Shown in pieces: positions 1 to 8,493 of a stretch of DNA of 40,490 nucleotides. Source of the DNA: Bdellovibrionota bacterium (GTDB lineage Bacteria; Bdellovibrionota_C; UBA2361; JBGSMV01); the NCBI GenBank assembly GCA_041739995.1, contig JBGSMV010000077.1, positions 1 through 40,490 on the forward strand, given 5' to 3'. Within the stretch, counting starts at the first letter, position 1; the number at the start of each line of letters is the position of its first letter. Position numbers and translations under genes: made by a program. The notes beneath the pieces were generated by a model. That model was given only the letters and a program-made list of their open reading frames with translations, searched no databases and was not told the origin of the DNA.

Positions 1-11
1 CGAAAAAGACC

Positions 12-80
12 GGATAACACACGGGCCGACGCGGACACCAATCGCTGCCCGATTGGTGCCGGTCGCCCTAGCCGTTATCC
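12..80 (+). mobile_element. attC-like recombination site (attC-0), 69 bp
   Basis: GGATAAC (12-18) and GTTATCC (74-80) are complementary. Inner arms GGGC[C]GAC[G]CGG[A]CACCAATCG / CGATTGGTG-CCG-GTC-GCCC carry unpaired bases like attC extrahelical bases, and the spacers next to the cores are short and unpaired. Confidence 0.85.
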
Positions 81-98
81 GTAGGAGTCAGAATCATC

Positions 99-557
99 AT
101 GGTGCAACGAATTCTAGTTATCATTGTGTGCCTAGTGATGCTGGCGTCTCCTCTTCATGCTGAACACCCAGATCCGGAAGGGCTGCTTCGACTAGACATA
201 ATGAGTCTATTGCTGAAGGGTGATCGGGAAGCCGCTATTCTGAAAATCACTAAATTTCTTGCCGATAATCCCAACCATCCCCAAAGAGGCGAGTTTCTTG
301 CAAGGCGAGGCACCTTGAGAGTCGACTCGGGTGATAATTCCGGGGGGTCGGAAGATCTTCGAAGTGCGATACCGCTACTTGATCGTGCAATTGCGGCTGA
401 CCCGAAGAACGACAGTCTTATATACATCCGAGCGCGGGCGCGACAGGCGAGTAACGATCGCGACGGCGCCATGGCCGACTTTCGGCGGGCTTTGGAACTT
501 AAGCCGGAAAGTGGTGAATACAAACTCGGCCTCATGTTAGCCGAGCAAGGGCGATGA
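99..557 (+). CDS. Gene cassette 1: secreted tetratricopeptide-repeat protein
   Basis: AGGAG RBS at 83-87; N-terminal signal peptide; TPR-like motifs (RAIAADPKN..YIRARARQ..GAMADFRRALELKP); lies between two attC sites. Confidence 0.85.
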   Translation: MVQRILVIIVCLVMLASPLHAEHPDPEGLLRLDIMSLLLKGDREAAILKITKFLADNPNHPQRGEFLARRGTLRVDSGDNSGGSEDLRSAIPLLDRAIAADPKNDSLIYIRARARQASNDRDGAMADFRRALELKPESGEYKLGLMLAEQGR

Positions 558-573
558 GAGAAGGGTCGCCTAC

Positions 574-671
574 GGATAACACACCGCTCCACCAGATCTA
601 CGCCCCGTAGAGTAGTAGCTAATTTGATCGTATGATGTGGGGTGCAAACTGGAGAGCATTTGCCGTTATCC
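574..671 (+). mobile_element. attC-like site (attC-1), 98 bp
   Basis: GGATAAC (574-580) ... GTTATCC (665-671). Arms GCTCCACCAG / CTGGAGAGC and TCTACGCCCC / GGGGTGCAAA pair better on the bottom strand, where C.A mismatches become G.T pairs. Confidence 0.85.
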
Positions 672-682
672 TTCTTTACTGA

Positions 683-1297
683 ATGACCATTATGTCGGCA
701 CCACGACCAATACTCTTGGATATCTCTGTGCAGTTTGAAAGCGAACGTCTGTTCATTCGCGCGCCTCAACAAGGAGATGGAGCTAGAGTCAATGAAGCAA
801 TTCTTGAGTCTTTTGAAGAATTGAACAGATGGATGCCGTGGGCGAAAGAGAAGCCTACTCCAGCTGATTCGGAAGAGCAGTGCCGGATCTCTCAAGCCAA
901 GTTTATTGCTAGAGAGGATCTCCAGTTACTGATATTCCATAAAAGCTCGGGGGATTTTATCGGAGCTAGCGGCCTCCATCGTTTCGACTGGAGCGTCCCA
1001 AGGTTCGAAATCGGATACTGGTGTCGAACGAAAAGAACCGGATCGGGCTTTATTTCTGAAGCGGTCGCTCGAATAGCTCGGTTTGCTTTCGAGGAACTCC
1101 GGGCAAAAAGGGTTGAAATCTACTGTGACTCAAAGAATACAAGGAGCCTTAGCGTTCCGGAGCGACTGGGGTTCCATCTGGACGGAGTTTTGAGAAACCA
1201 CTGTAGAGACCCACACGGAGATCTGCGGGATACAAGAGTATATTCAATTATAAGTTTGGCTGACCTGAAGGATAACAAAGAAGCTCAGAGGAGCTAA
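683..1297 (+). CDS. Gene cassette 2: GNAT N-acetyltransferase, RimJ/RimL family
   Basis: Motifs ERLFIR, L.RWMPW, FEIGYW..GSGFISEA and N.RS..VPERLGF.L.G.LR. The 3' end overlaps attC-2. Confidence 0.92.
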   Translation: MTIMSAPRPILLDISVQFESERLFIRAPQQGDGARVNEAILESFEELNRWMPWAKEKPTPADSEEQCRISQAKFIAREDLQLLIFHKSSGDFIGASGLHRFDWSVPRFEIGYWCRTKRTGSGFISEAVARIARFAFEELRAKRVEIYCDSKNTRSLSVPERLGFHLDGVLRNHCRDPHGDLRDTRVYSIISLADLKDNKEAQRS

Positions 1298-1322
1298 CGC
1301 CCGCTGGCTTACGCCGTTATCG
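1270..1322 (+). mobile_element. Very short attC-like site (attC-2), 53 bp
   Basis: GGATAAC (1270-1276) ... GTTATCG (1316-1322). Arms AAGC[T]CAG-A-GG[A]GC / GC-CC-G-CTG-GCTT enclose a TAAC loop. Confidence 0.7.
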
Positions 1323-1332
1323 CTCTCGTGAC

Positions 1333-1728
1333 ATGGCAGATATGCAGCAGGACAAGAAGTTCATGGATGCGGTTATCGGCGCTTTGATGAGCGATAGAGG
1401 AGTATCCCAGCCTCTGTACTGTTCAGAGATTACTTGCGAGCAGGATGGAGAACGCATGTCCGACGTACTTCCATTGATTTACATATGGAACGAGGACCCC
1501 AAACGTGGCACCTGCTCAATTTCGATCAATGGACCAATAGTAGGAGAGATCTTGGAAGCCTACCTGCCACGCTCCGCCCCTGAGTTCCCTGTATTGCGAG
1601 ATAAAATTATTGAGGTGATTCGAGAAACGTGGCCTCCTACTATCATGGCGACGTGTGAGAGGGCTGGGACCCTTCCTAGTGTCGTATTCTCCAAAGAAGC
1701 CTACCTTCAAATCTCCAAGGGGAGGTAG
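1333..1728 (+). CDS. Gene cassette 3: hypothetical protein
   Basis: 131-aa ORF that fills the space between GTTATCG (1316) and CGATAAC (1731); no family recognised. Confidence 0.75.
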   Translation: MADMQQDKKFMDAVIGALMSDRGVSQPLYCSEITCEQDGERMSDVLPLIYIWNEDPKRGTCSISINGPIVGEILEAYLPRSAPEFPVLRDKIIEVIRETWPPTIMATCERAGTLPSVVFSKEAYLQISKGR

Positions 1729-1730
1729 GG

Positions 1731-1756
1731 CGATAACAAGCCGCCCCACCAGATTG
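1731..1756 (+). mobile_element. Left half of a truncated attC (attC-3)
   Basis: CGATAAC-AAGCCGCCCCACCAGAT closely resembles the left half of attC-1 (GGATAAC-ACACCGCTCCACCAGAT). No properly spaced right arm was found. Confidence 0.55.
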
Positions 1757-2318
1757 GGCACATCCGTCACGTTAGTTGACACCTGAACATTCCAAATTTA
1801 AGGAGCTGAGTTGGGCTAAGACCACTAGGGGTAAGCTGCTCATGCGGTGCATATTGCTGGTGACTCGCTTCTCGTAGTCCGTCTCTAGACACACAGACTG
1901 AAAGCTTTTCAACTTCAATCGCTGCCTGTGCGCTCCGCTAAGGCGACTCGATGCTCATAGACTTTGCACAAATCTTTAATCGGAGGTTCTAGGTGTAACC
2001 TGCCACGTCATATCTGTGTCAAACTAATTCTCCACAATGGGCTCAGGCTGCGAAGCGTTACAATTAGATTGTCTTACTGAATTCTTTCCTTTCAAACCGT
2101 TTGTACTTGAGAAGGGAATGTTTCAGATCCTTCTGCATGATCGCGATCATATCTTCACGCGGCCATCTCCTTGATACTCAATGTCATCAAATCCACCCGG
2201 GAGAGGAGATTTTTTCTTGAGGCGAAGGCCTCAGCATCAGTGTCTAAGGGGCAAGCAGGCACTTCAGCACAAAAAAGCAGGTCTTCGTTATTAACTGTTT
2301 TTGATTAAGGAGAAAAAT

Positions 2319-2747
2319 ATGGAAAACAAGGAACGCATTCGAGAAGGAGCTAAGAACGGAATTTCGTTAGCGGCAAATCAGATGGATGAGTCCGTGGACG
2401 CTACTATCGATGAAGCCAGAGCTCTCAGCTCTCGAGTCGCCGATAAGGCACGAAAGTTCGGCAATGAGGTTGCAAACAAGGCGGACGAGACTATTTCTTC
2501 TGCTGGTCACAAAATAAATGATTTGGCGGGCACTGTGCGTAGAAACTTGCCCACTGATGGAGTGGTCGGTTCTGCGGCGGGCGCAGTGGCCGATTCGTTG
2601 GAGTCAGGCGGGAAATACCTAGAGAGCCATGACCTAGAGAGCATGGGGAAGGATACGGCTGCCTTAGTACGAAAGTATCCATTGTACTCGCTGGGAGTCG
2701 GCCTGTTGGTAGGTGCTCTCGTGGGTAAGATGCTGCCCCGTCGATAG
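2319..2747 (+). CDS. DUF883/ElaB/YqjD-like tail-anchored protein
   Basis: AAGGAG RBS before ATG 2319; Ala/Lys/Asp-rich helical body; C-terminal VRKYPLYSLGVGLLVGALVGKMLPRR anchor. Confidence 0.75.
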   Translation: MENKERIREGAKNGISLAANQMDESVDATIDEARALSSRVADKARKFGNEVANKADETISSAGHKINDLAGTVRRNLPTDGVVGSAAGAVADSLESGGKYLESHDLESMGKDTAALVRKYPLYSLGVGLLVGALVGKMLPRR

Positions 2748-2824
2748 GGAGCTCGGTCGCCACAGCCCCATTCGCTAAAGACCGAGGGTGTCTCTAGGAG
2801 TCCAAGGTCGTTAGGAAAATCGAT

Positions 2825-3229
2825 ATGCTTCATGCGATGAAGAATGAAATACAGTCAACGATTGCCCCATACATCGGGGCAATCGTTGATGATGTGGTGA
2901 CGCTTGGTCGGCAAGAGTTAGCACTATTGAAATCCGAGGCACGGGAAGAGCTGGATAAGGTTAGGCGTGCAGCGTGGTCTTTTGCATTTGCCGTAGGCTT
3001 GGGAACCGCTTCGACGCTCTTGTTCTCAATGGCGCTCGTGACTGCTCTGACTCAGTACGTCCCTGAGGTTCCCGTATGGGGGTGGTACCTAGTCGTTGCA
3101 GGTGTGGTATCGCTCGCAGGGTTTATATTTCTCAGAAGAGCGAAAGTGTTGGCCTCCTCCGTGGCGATGCCTACACAAAACAAGGATTCAAAAAAGGAGA
3201 ATTCACTATGGAAGCAGCACGATGCGTAG
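2825..3229 (+). CDS. Phage-holin-like (DUF1469/YqjE-type) membrane protein
   Basis: DDV.TL.RQELALLKSE.REE motif followed by two TM helices; sits in the usual triad position. Confidence 0.8.
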   Translation: MLHAMKNEIQSTIAPYIGAIVDDVVTLGRQELALLKSEAREELDKVRRAAWSFAFAVGLGTASTLLFSMALVTALTQYVPEVPVWGWYLVVAGVVSLAGFIFLRRAKVLASSVAMPTQNKDSKKENSLWKQHDA

Positions 3230-3885
3230 ATCGGCCCTCTGACCAAATAAGGCAAGATATCGAACAAACGAAGAGCGCACTGCAAGATCATTTGCGGCTT
3301 CTGGAGACAGAAGTACGCAGACAGGTCGATGACGTTAAGGACGCAGTGGGAGAAACGGTTGAATCGGTTAAGGACAGTTTGGACGTTCGTGAGCATGTTC
3401 GTCGTCACCCTAAGGTATCCTTCGGTCTTGCTGCATTAGCAGGGGTTATAATTTCTAAGGCGTTGGAAGAGCCACGAAGGCACGCGCAACGGCAAGGGGG
3501 TGCAGGAACTAAATTGGCGTCAGAGCCAAGAACTGCGCATGCTCCAGCGGGAGAGGTCAGTGAATCAAGAGCTCCAGGTGGAGCTTCAAAGTTCTTCAGC
3601 CAAATCGGGGGCCATTTTGAGCACGAGATCCACCAGCTTTCTGGTATTGCAATTGGGCTCCTATTTAGTGCCGCAAAGAACTGGATACAGAAGGCCAGAG
3701 TCGAGTCGCCTGAGGCACGCCAGAAGGAGAGCCACAAGGACAGGTTGTCTTCTCAGATTTCTCAGTCGCCCCACGTTAAGGTCCACGGTTCTGGTCCCTA
3801 TGCTCCTACGCCACAAGGGGGTGGGCGCACCTCGCAAAATGGGTTCAACAGAAATGTTTCACCGCGAGCGTCGTCTTGGCTCTAG
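3208..3885 (+). CDS. DUF3618-domain protein
   Basis: AAGGAG RBS before ATG 3208; DQIRQDIEQTKSAL motif; VRRHP..FGLAALAG anchor. Confidence 0.7.
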   Translation: MEAARCVDRPSDQIRQDIEQTKSALQDHLRLLETEVRRQVDDVKDAVGETVESVKDSLDVREHVRRHPKVSFGLAALAGVIISKALEEPRRHAQRQGGAGTKLASEPRTAHAPAGEVSESRAPGGASKFFSQIGGHFEHEIHQLSGIAIGLLFSAAKNWIQKARVESPEARQKESHKDRLSSQISQSPHVKVHGSGPYAPTPQGGGRTSQNGFNRNVSPRASSWL

Positions 3886-3947
3886 TCAGCTTTCTGTGAT
3901 GCACCAGTTTTCGCATTGTCACTCCGCGTTCAGCAGAAAAGGGAGAG

Positions 3948-5372
3948 CTAAGCTGAGGCGAATAGCTGAGATCGCGCTTTTCCCACACCGTCCCTAGTCA
4001 CGTAGATCGGACGCTTTTCAACTTCAAAGCTATGGTCTGGGGGAATTCCAAGCAAATGGAAGATGGATGCGTGCAAGTCTTCGATGCGAATTTCATCTGT
4101 CACCACCTCGCATGGGCGTTCGTCGCTGGTGCTGCCATACACAAGTCCGCGTTTTACTCCGCCGCCGAACAGCACTGCGCTGCCCGCACCAGTAAAGTGC
4201 TTGTGGAGGCCGTAGTGCCGCATTTCATTGATTCGTTCAGGCACACGTGCTTGCGCCTTTACTTCTACTCCAGCACGTCCTTCAATCATAAGATCGCGGC
4301 TGAATTCGCTCGCAAGAATAATCAAGGTGCGATCCAGCAACCCACGCTCTTCTAGGTCAAGAATGAGGCGCGTTACTGGTCTATCAATCCAGCGCTTCAT
4401 CTCAATGGTTCGCGTGTGCCCGTTATTGTGAGTATCCCAGTTATCAAACTGAACCCACTCAGAAGTGACTTCTATGAAACGTGCACCGACTTCACAAAGA
4501 CGACGCGCTAAGAGGCATCCAAGCCCAAAGCGCCCGGTGTCGTATTCTTCGTAAATGTGCGGAGGTTCGTCCGTAATATCGAATGCACGTGCCGCGGGCG
4601 AGTGTAGCAGTCGGTACGACCCATCAAGGCTACGAAGCATTGATTCCTGATGGAAGGAGCTGGCCGTGCGCCCTGACTCTGATGCTTCTACAAGACGACG
4701 GAAGAATTTATTGCGGTCTTCAAAGCGAGCCGGAGAAACACCTGCGGGAGGGCTCACGTAGCGCCGTGCTTCAATCGCGTCTGGAATAACGAAAGGGCCA
4801 TGCTCTGCGCCGAGATACCCGGCAGTGAGGTAGGCTTTGATTTCTTCGCTGCCGGGAAGCTCAAGTCTTTGCCCGATATGAATGAAAGCGGGAACATCAG
4901 GGTTAATCTGACCGCGCATGTTTGCGATGATGGCTCCAATATGCGGCATCGCGATGGTTTGTGGCGGCACATATCCAGTGTGCCAGTGGTACTGGTGGCG
5001 TGTGTGGAGAATGAAGCCTAAGTCCGCGGCCCGGTATGAACGAATTACCGCTCCTCTATCCATCACGCTTGCCAGCCGCTCCAGGCCGCTTGAGATACGC
5101 AAGCCATCGACCGCAGTGGGAATGGACGGGAAGGTCGCTAATACGCGGTCGGGGTCGAGATCTTTTTCAAAGTCGACGTGTCGCTTGGGATCAAAGGTCT
5201 CCGTGTGTGCCATGCCGCCCGACATCCAGAGCAGAATAACGCGGTCGGCCGCAGGTTTGATTTCTGCGGCTTTCTCTCCGCACCAGGCAGTTCGTGGTGC
5301 CCCAAGAGTGGAGGCTGCAAGTGCGGCGGCACTCAGTTCAGCAAGAAATTTTCGACGTGTAAGCGCTTCCAT
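3948..5372 (-). CDS. DUF1501 family protein with Tat signal
   Basis: TRRKFL twin-arginine signal; motifs ILLWMSGGMAHTETFDPK, FGLGCLLARRLCEVGARFIEV, WDTH, LI.DLEERGLLDRTL and GGGVKRG.VYG.T. Confidence 0.92.
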   Translation of the reverse strand: MEALTRRKFLAELSAAALAASTLGAPRTAWCGEKAAEIKPAADRVILLWMSGGMAHTETFDPKRHVDFEKDLDPDRVLATFPSIPTAVDGLRISSGLERLASVMDRGAVIRSYRAADLGFILHTRHQYHWHTGYVPPQTIAMPHIGAIIANMRGQINPDVPAFIHIGQRLELPGSEEIKAYLTAGYLGAEHGPFVIPDAIEARRYVSPPAGVSPARFEDRNKFFRRLVEASESGRTASSFHQESMLRSLDGSYRLLHSPAARAFDITDEPPHIYEEYDTGRFGLGCLLARRLCEVGARFIEVTSEWVQFDNWDTHNNGHTRTIEMKRWIDRPVTRLILDLEERGLLDRTLIILASEFSRDLMIEGRAGVEVKAQARVPERINEMRHYGLHKHFTGAGSAVLFGGGVKRGLVYGSTSDERPCEVVTDEIRIEDLHASIFHLLGIPPDHSFEVEKRPIYVTRDGVGKARSQLFASA

Positions 5373-5382
5373 CTACTATTAC

Positions 5383-8307
5383 TTAACGCACAAGCTGAAA
5401 TTCGGGAAGGAGCACCATGCTCCAGAGCAAATCCTCAAGCTTTGCCGGCTGCACGGACTGAGTGGAGTTTGCCACCAAAAAAGCTTTAGCCTGTGTAGCT
5501 TCTTCGGGTGTCGGCTCTCGCAAAAGCAGAGCTTTCCACAGATCGTCGACGATATTAGAAGCCGGCTTTCCTGGTACCACCATCGAGAGAGCTGCTTGTT
5601 TCAATAACGCATGAAACTCCTCTCCATTGGTGAGTTCCAGAGCGTCAAGCGTAGTGAGAGTGCTGGGACGTTCTGAAACGATATTGTCCCTCGCCAGTCT
5701 TCCAAGAGCGGTGGCGAACGAAGAGCGGTCCTGAATCGAGGCAGGAAGAGAGAGGTCAGTGAACACTAAGAAACGAAATGAGCGCGCACCTTTGATACTG
5801 TCGGCGGTGGCTTGGAAGCCGACTTCTGCTTGAAAGCGTTTGGCATTAAGGCCTTTCAAACTATAGGCCAGGACAGAAGGGGAACGAGCCGCGATGGCCT
5901 CGCTCTCAGGCTTACCAAGGAAGGTAAGCTCTTTCTTTGGGGCGGTGGGATCAAGGACAAGTGTGGCTCCGTCACCAACCGCAAGGGGCTGAAGGCGAGA
6001 GAGGAGTGTCGTATCGCCAGGTTTGCCCTTGCCACTGCCAGAGGCGCTCAACAACGTGGGCGCTCGCCAAAGCAGGGGAGTTTTGGGAATTCTTCGAGAC
6101 AACAGCGGAATGCCTTCGGGCACGGCCACCAACCACAGAGTCTTTGCACCGGTAATGTCGATGTCGATAGTGGCCGAGGGAGCCGCGCTTGAAATGGCGG
6201 TGGTGTGTGCTTTCGGGGTGTAGGGCGCGGGGAACTTCGCGTCATTAAGGAGACTCAGCCAGCGAATCCACTCTTTCTTCGTCCCCGATTCGGGCGCAGC
6301 GAACACCTCGCGAAGGGTGTCTTCAAACTGTTCGGATTTCATTCGACGCTCAAATCCACCCTTAAACACGGTGACGTTCTTCGCGTCAGACGGAGGCGGT
6401 GATTCGTTGAGGAATTCTCGTTGGTAAATCGAAGAGGTTACGATGACGGTGAGTAAGTGCTTTAAGTCAAAGTCGTTACTTTGCAACTCGAAGGCCAGCG
6501 TTTCGAGAAGCTCTGGACTCCAGGCGGTACCCGAAGCGTCGTCGAGCGAAGCTACGATTCCAGCACCCATCAGTTGAGCCCAGATTCTGTTGGTAATCGC
6601 TTTTGGGAGAAGTCCATTATCTTTGCTAGTCAAAACACTTGCGAGTTGTTGCATACGCTTCTCGCGTGGAAGCGTCTCGTCGATTTTACCGAGTTCAGGA
6701 AAGAAAAATTTAGGTTGAGCGGTCTGCCCGGTAGGAACGTCGCAGCGGTGAGACTCTATCGGTTCTTTGGCAAAGATATTTGCCATGCCGTAGGCGTCGT
6801 CTAGTTTCCACTGGTCGACGAAGCTGTCGTGACACGAAGTGCACTTTAGATTCACGGCCATAAAAGCTTGCGCGATGTTCTGCGCTGCCTGCATTTCCGG
6901 ACGCTCGTTCGGATTGACCGCGCCACGCCACACTATGCCCTTCACGAAACCAGACGAGGCTTCGCTCGGGTTCACTAGCTCCTTGACCATACGAGTGTAT
7001 GAGTAGTTCTGAAGCAGCGCGGAAAAAAGCCAAGAGGTGATGTCTTTTCGCCCGCGGTCAACGTAGCCCGCACCGGTGTAGTCGTTTCTGAGAAGATCAT
7101 TCCAGAAAGAGATCCAATTAATGGCGTAATCGAGGTCACGAGCAAGAAGGTCGCGCACAAGAGTGACACGTTTATCGGGCTCAGAGGATGCGACGAACTC
7201 TTCAATCTGCTCGAAACTTGGGTAGTGCCCAACTAGATCAAGGCTCACTCGGCGCATGAAGGTGCGATCATCAATCAGCTTAGGAAGCTCTAGGGCATTC
7301 TTACGAAAGTAGGGGGCAAGTACTCGGTCTACCGGATTGGTTTGAGGAGTTTCCGCCGAGACTTCAATTACATGACTGCGATTAAGGCCAAGTACCGGCT
7401 TTTCAGAGCGCTGATAGGCGTCAGTTGCGCTGGTACCCCATATTGCACCTTGGTCCACCCAGGTGCGAATCAGGGCAATCTCTTGGGTGGTGAGCCTGCG
7501 GCCCTTGTTGGGCATGATCTTGTCAGGATCAAGTCCGGACACCAGTTCAACCAAATGACTCTTCGCTCCGTTGCCGGGGGAAATAGCCGCTCCGGTCTCT
7601 CCTCCTCGAAGCAGCTCATCACGAGTGTCCATTCGGAAACCGCCCTTGGCTTTCCCCCCTAAATGGCACTTCGCGCAGGAATTCTGAATGATTGGATGGA
7701 TATGAGTGTCATAGTCGACCTTTTGGTTCAGTGCGGCCGGAACTACTCCGTCAGGTGCTGCCTCGATTGTTCCCGCAGCTGAAGATTCTCTGTCGGCCAA
7801 GGAAGCGCGTGCGTCTTCTCGATCGAGCGCGGCGAAGCTAAATAAATCATCTCCATGCACCAGGGTGCCGCCCGTGTGTCCCACCAGTCCGGTCACGAGC
7901 ATGCATACGGCGAGTAGTGCCCGGTAGATCTTTCCCCCGCTGTGGCGGCGGCTAGTCCAGCGAGCACAGAGCCAACACAGCAACACAAAGGAGGTGAGGG
8001 TGACACCGCCCCAGCGATGAATGAAGAGAGTCTCGGCCGCGTCGCCATGGAATTCTTCGATGCCCGCCAAGAGCCAACCACTAGAGCCCGCAACCACACA
8101 CGAAAGGGCGGCAAAGGAGAGGCAAAAGAAAGCAACTGGGTCTGGGGTGGCGGAGAAGGGGGAGGTTCTCGATTCTAAACGGGCTCGTCGGAAGGCGAGT
8201 ACTTCAGCCACGACCGCCGCGAATACTAAAGCGATGGGAAAATGAACGAAGATCGGGTGCAGCCGAGCGACAAACGGAAGAAGGTACTGAAATAAAACGT
8301 CACTCAC
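5383..8307 (-). CDS. PSD1/PSCyt (DUF1549 + DUF1553) protein with an N-terminal DUF2231-like membrane domain and a Planctomycete cytochrome c domain
   Basis: LHPIFVHFPIAL (DUF2231-like); CAKCH and CTSCH haem-type motifs; DDRTFMRRVSLDLVG; NRIWAQLMGAGIV; DLKHLL..IVTSSIYQR; canonical partner of DUF1501. Confidence 0.9.
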   Translation of the reverse strand: MSDVLFQYLLPFVARLHPIFVHFPIALVFAAVVAEVLAFRRARLESRTSPFSATPDPVAFFCLSFAALSCVVAGSSGWLLAGIEEFHGDAAETLFIHRWGGVTLTSFVLLCWLCARWTSRRHSGGKIYRALLAVCMLVTGLVGHTGGTLVHGDDLFSFAALDREDARASLADRESSAAGTIEAAPDGVVPAALNQKVDYDTHIHPIIQNSCAKCHLGGKAKGGFRMDTRDELLRGGETGAAISPGNGAKSHLVELVSGLDPDKIMPNKGRRLTTQEIALIRTWVDQGAIWGTSATDAYQRSEKPVLGLNRSHVIEVSAETPQTNPVDRVLAPYFRKNALELPKLIDDRTFMRRVSLDLVGHYPSFEQIEEFVASSEPDKRVTLVRDLLARDLDYAINWISFWNDLLRNDYTGAGYVDRGRKDITSWLFSALLQNYSYTRMVKELVNPSEASSGFVKGIVWRGAVNPNERPEMQAAQNIAQAFMAVNLKCTSCHDSFVDQWKLDDAYGMANIFAKEPIESHRCDVPTGQTAQPKFFFPELGKIDETLPREKRMQQLASVLTSKDNGLLPKAITNRIWAQLMGAGIVASLDDASGTAWSPELLETLAFELQSNDFDLKHLLTVIVTSSIYQREFLNESPPPSDAKNVTVFKGGFERRMKSEQFEDTLREVFAAPESGTKKEWIRWLSLLNDAKFPAPYTPKAHTTAISSAAPSATIDIDITGAKTLWLVAVPEGIPLLSRRIPKTPLLWRAPTLLSASGSGKGKPGDTTLLSRLQPLAVGDGATLVLDPTAPKKELTFLGKPESEAIAARSPSVLAYSLKGLNAKRFQAEVGFQATADSIKGARSFRFLVFTDLSLPASIQDRSSFATALGRLARDNIVSERPSTLTTLDALELTNGEEFHALLKQAALSMVVPGKPASNIVDDLWKALLLREPTPEEATQAKAFLVANSTQSVQPAKLEDLLWSMVLLPEFQLVR

Positions 8308-8493
8308 GGCGGACTCAAAGAAAGACTTCGTTCAAAAATCTGCACTAAGCTGTAGGCTTCCCAAAAAGGAGCTTGTGGCAGGCGGAAATGCACATAACTG
8401 CGCACAGGCGCTGCTCGCGCTAAATCTACACGCCTCTGAAGCGGTGTGCCAGGGTCTGGAGGCGCTAAATCGACCAGATATGTGGGGCTATTT

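Noticed and set aside
155..895. Long antisense ORF here and similar shadow ORFs (4918-5607, 19641-20162, 24103-24696, 34985-35599)
   Set aside because: They lie opposite well-supported genes and show no family motifs.
2064..2280. Possible remnant of a GDP-mannose dehydratase C-terminus (minus strand, ..QKDLKHSLLK..)
   Set aside because: It rests on a 6-residue resemblance across a frameshift and cannot be told from chance without a search.
2825..3229. Prophage lysis cassette
   Set aside because: No endolysin or phage genes nearby; this holin-like family occurs in cellular triads.
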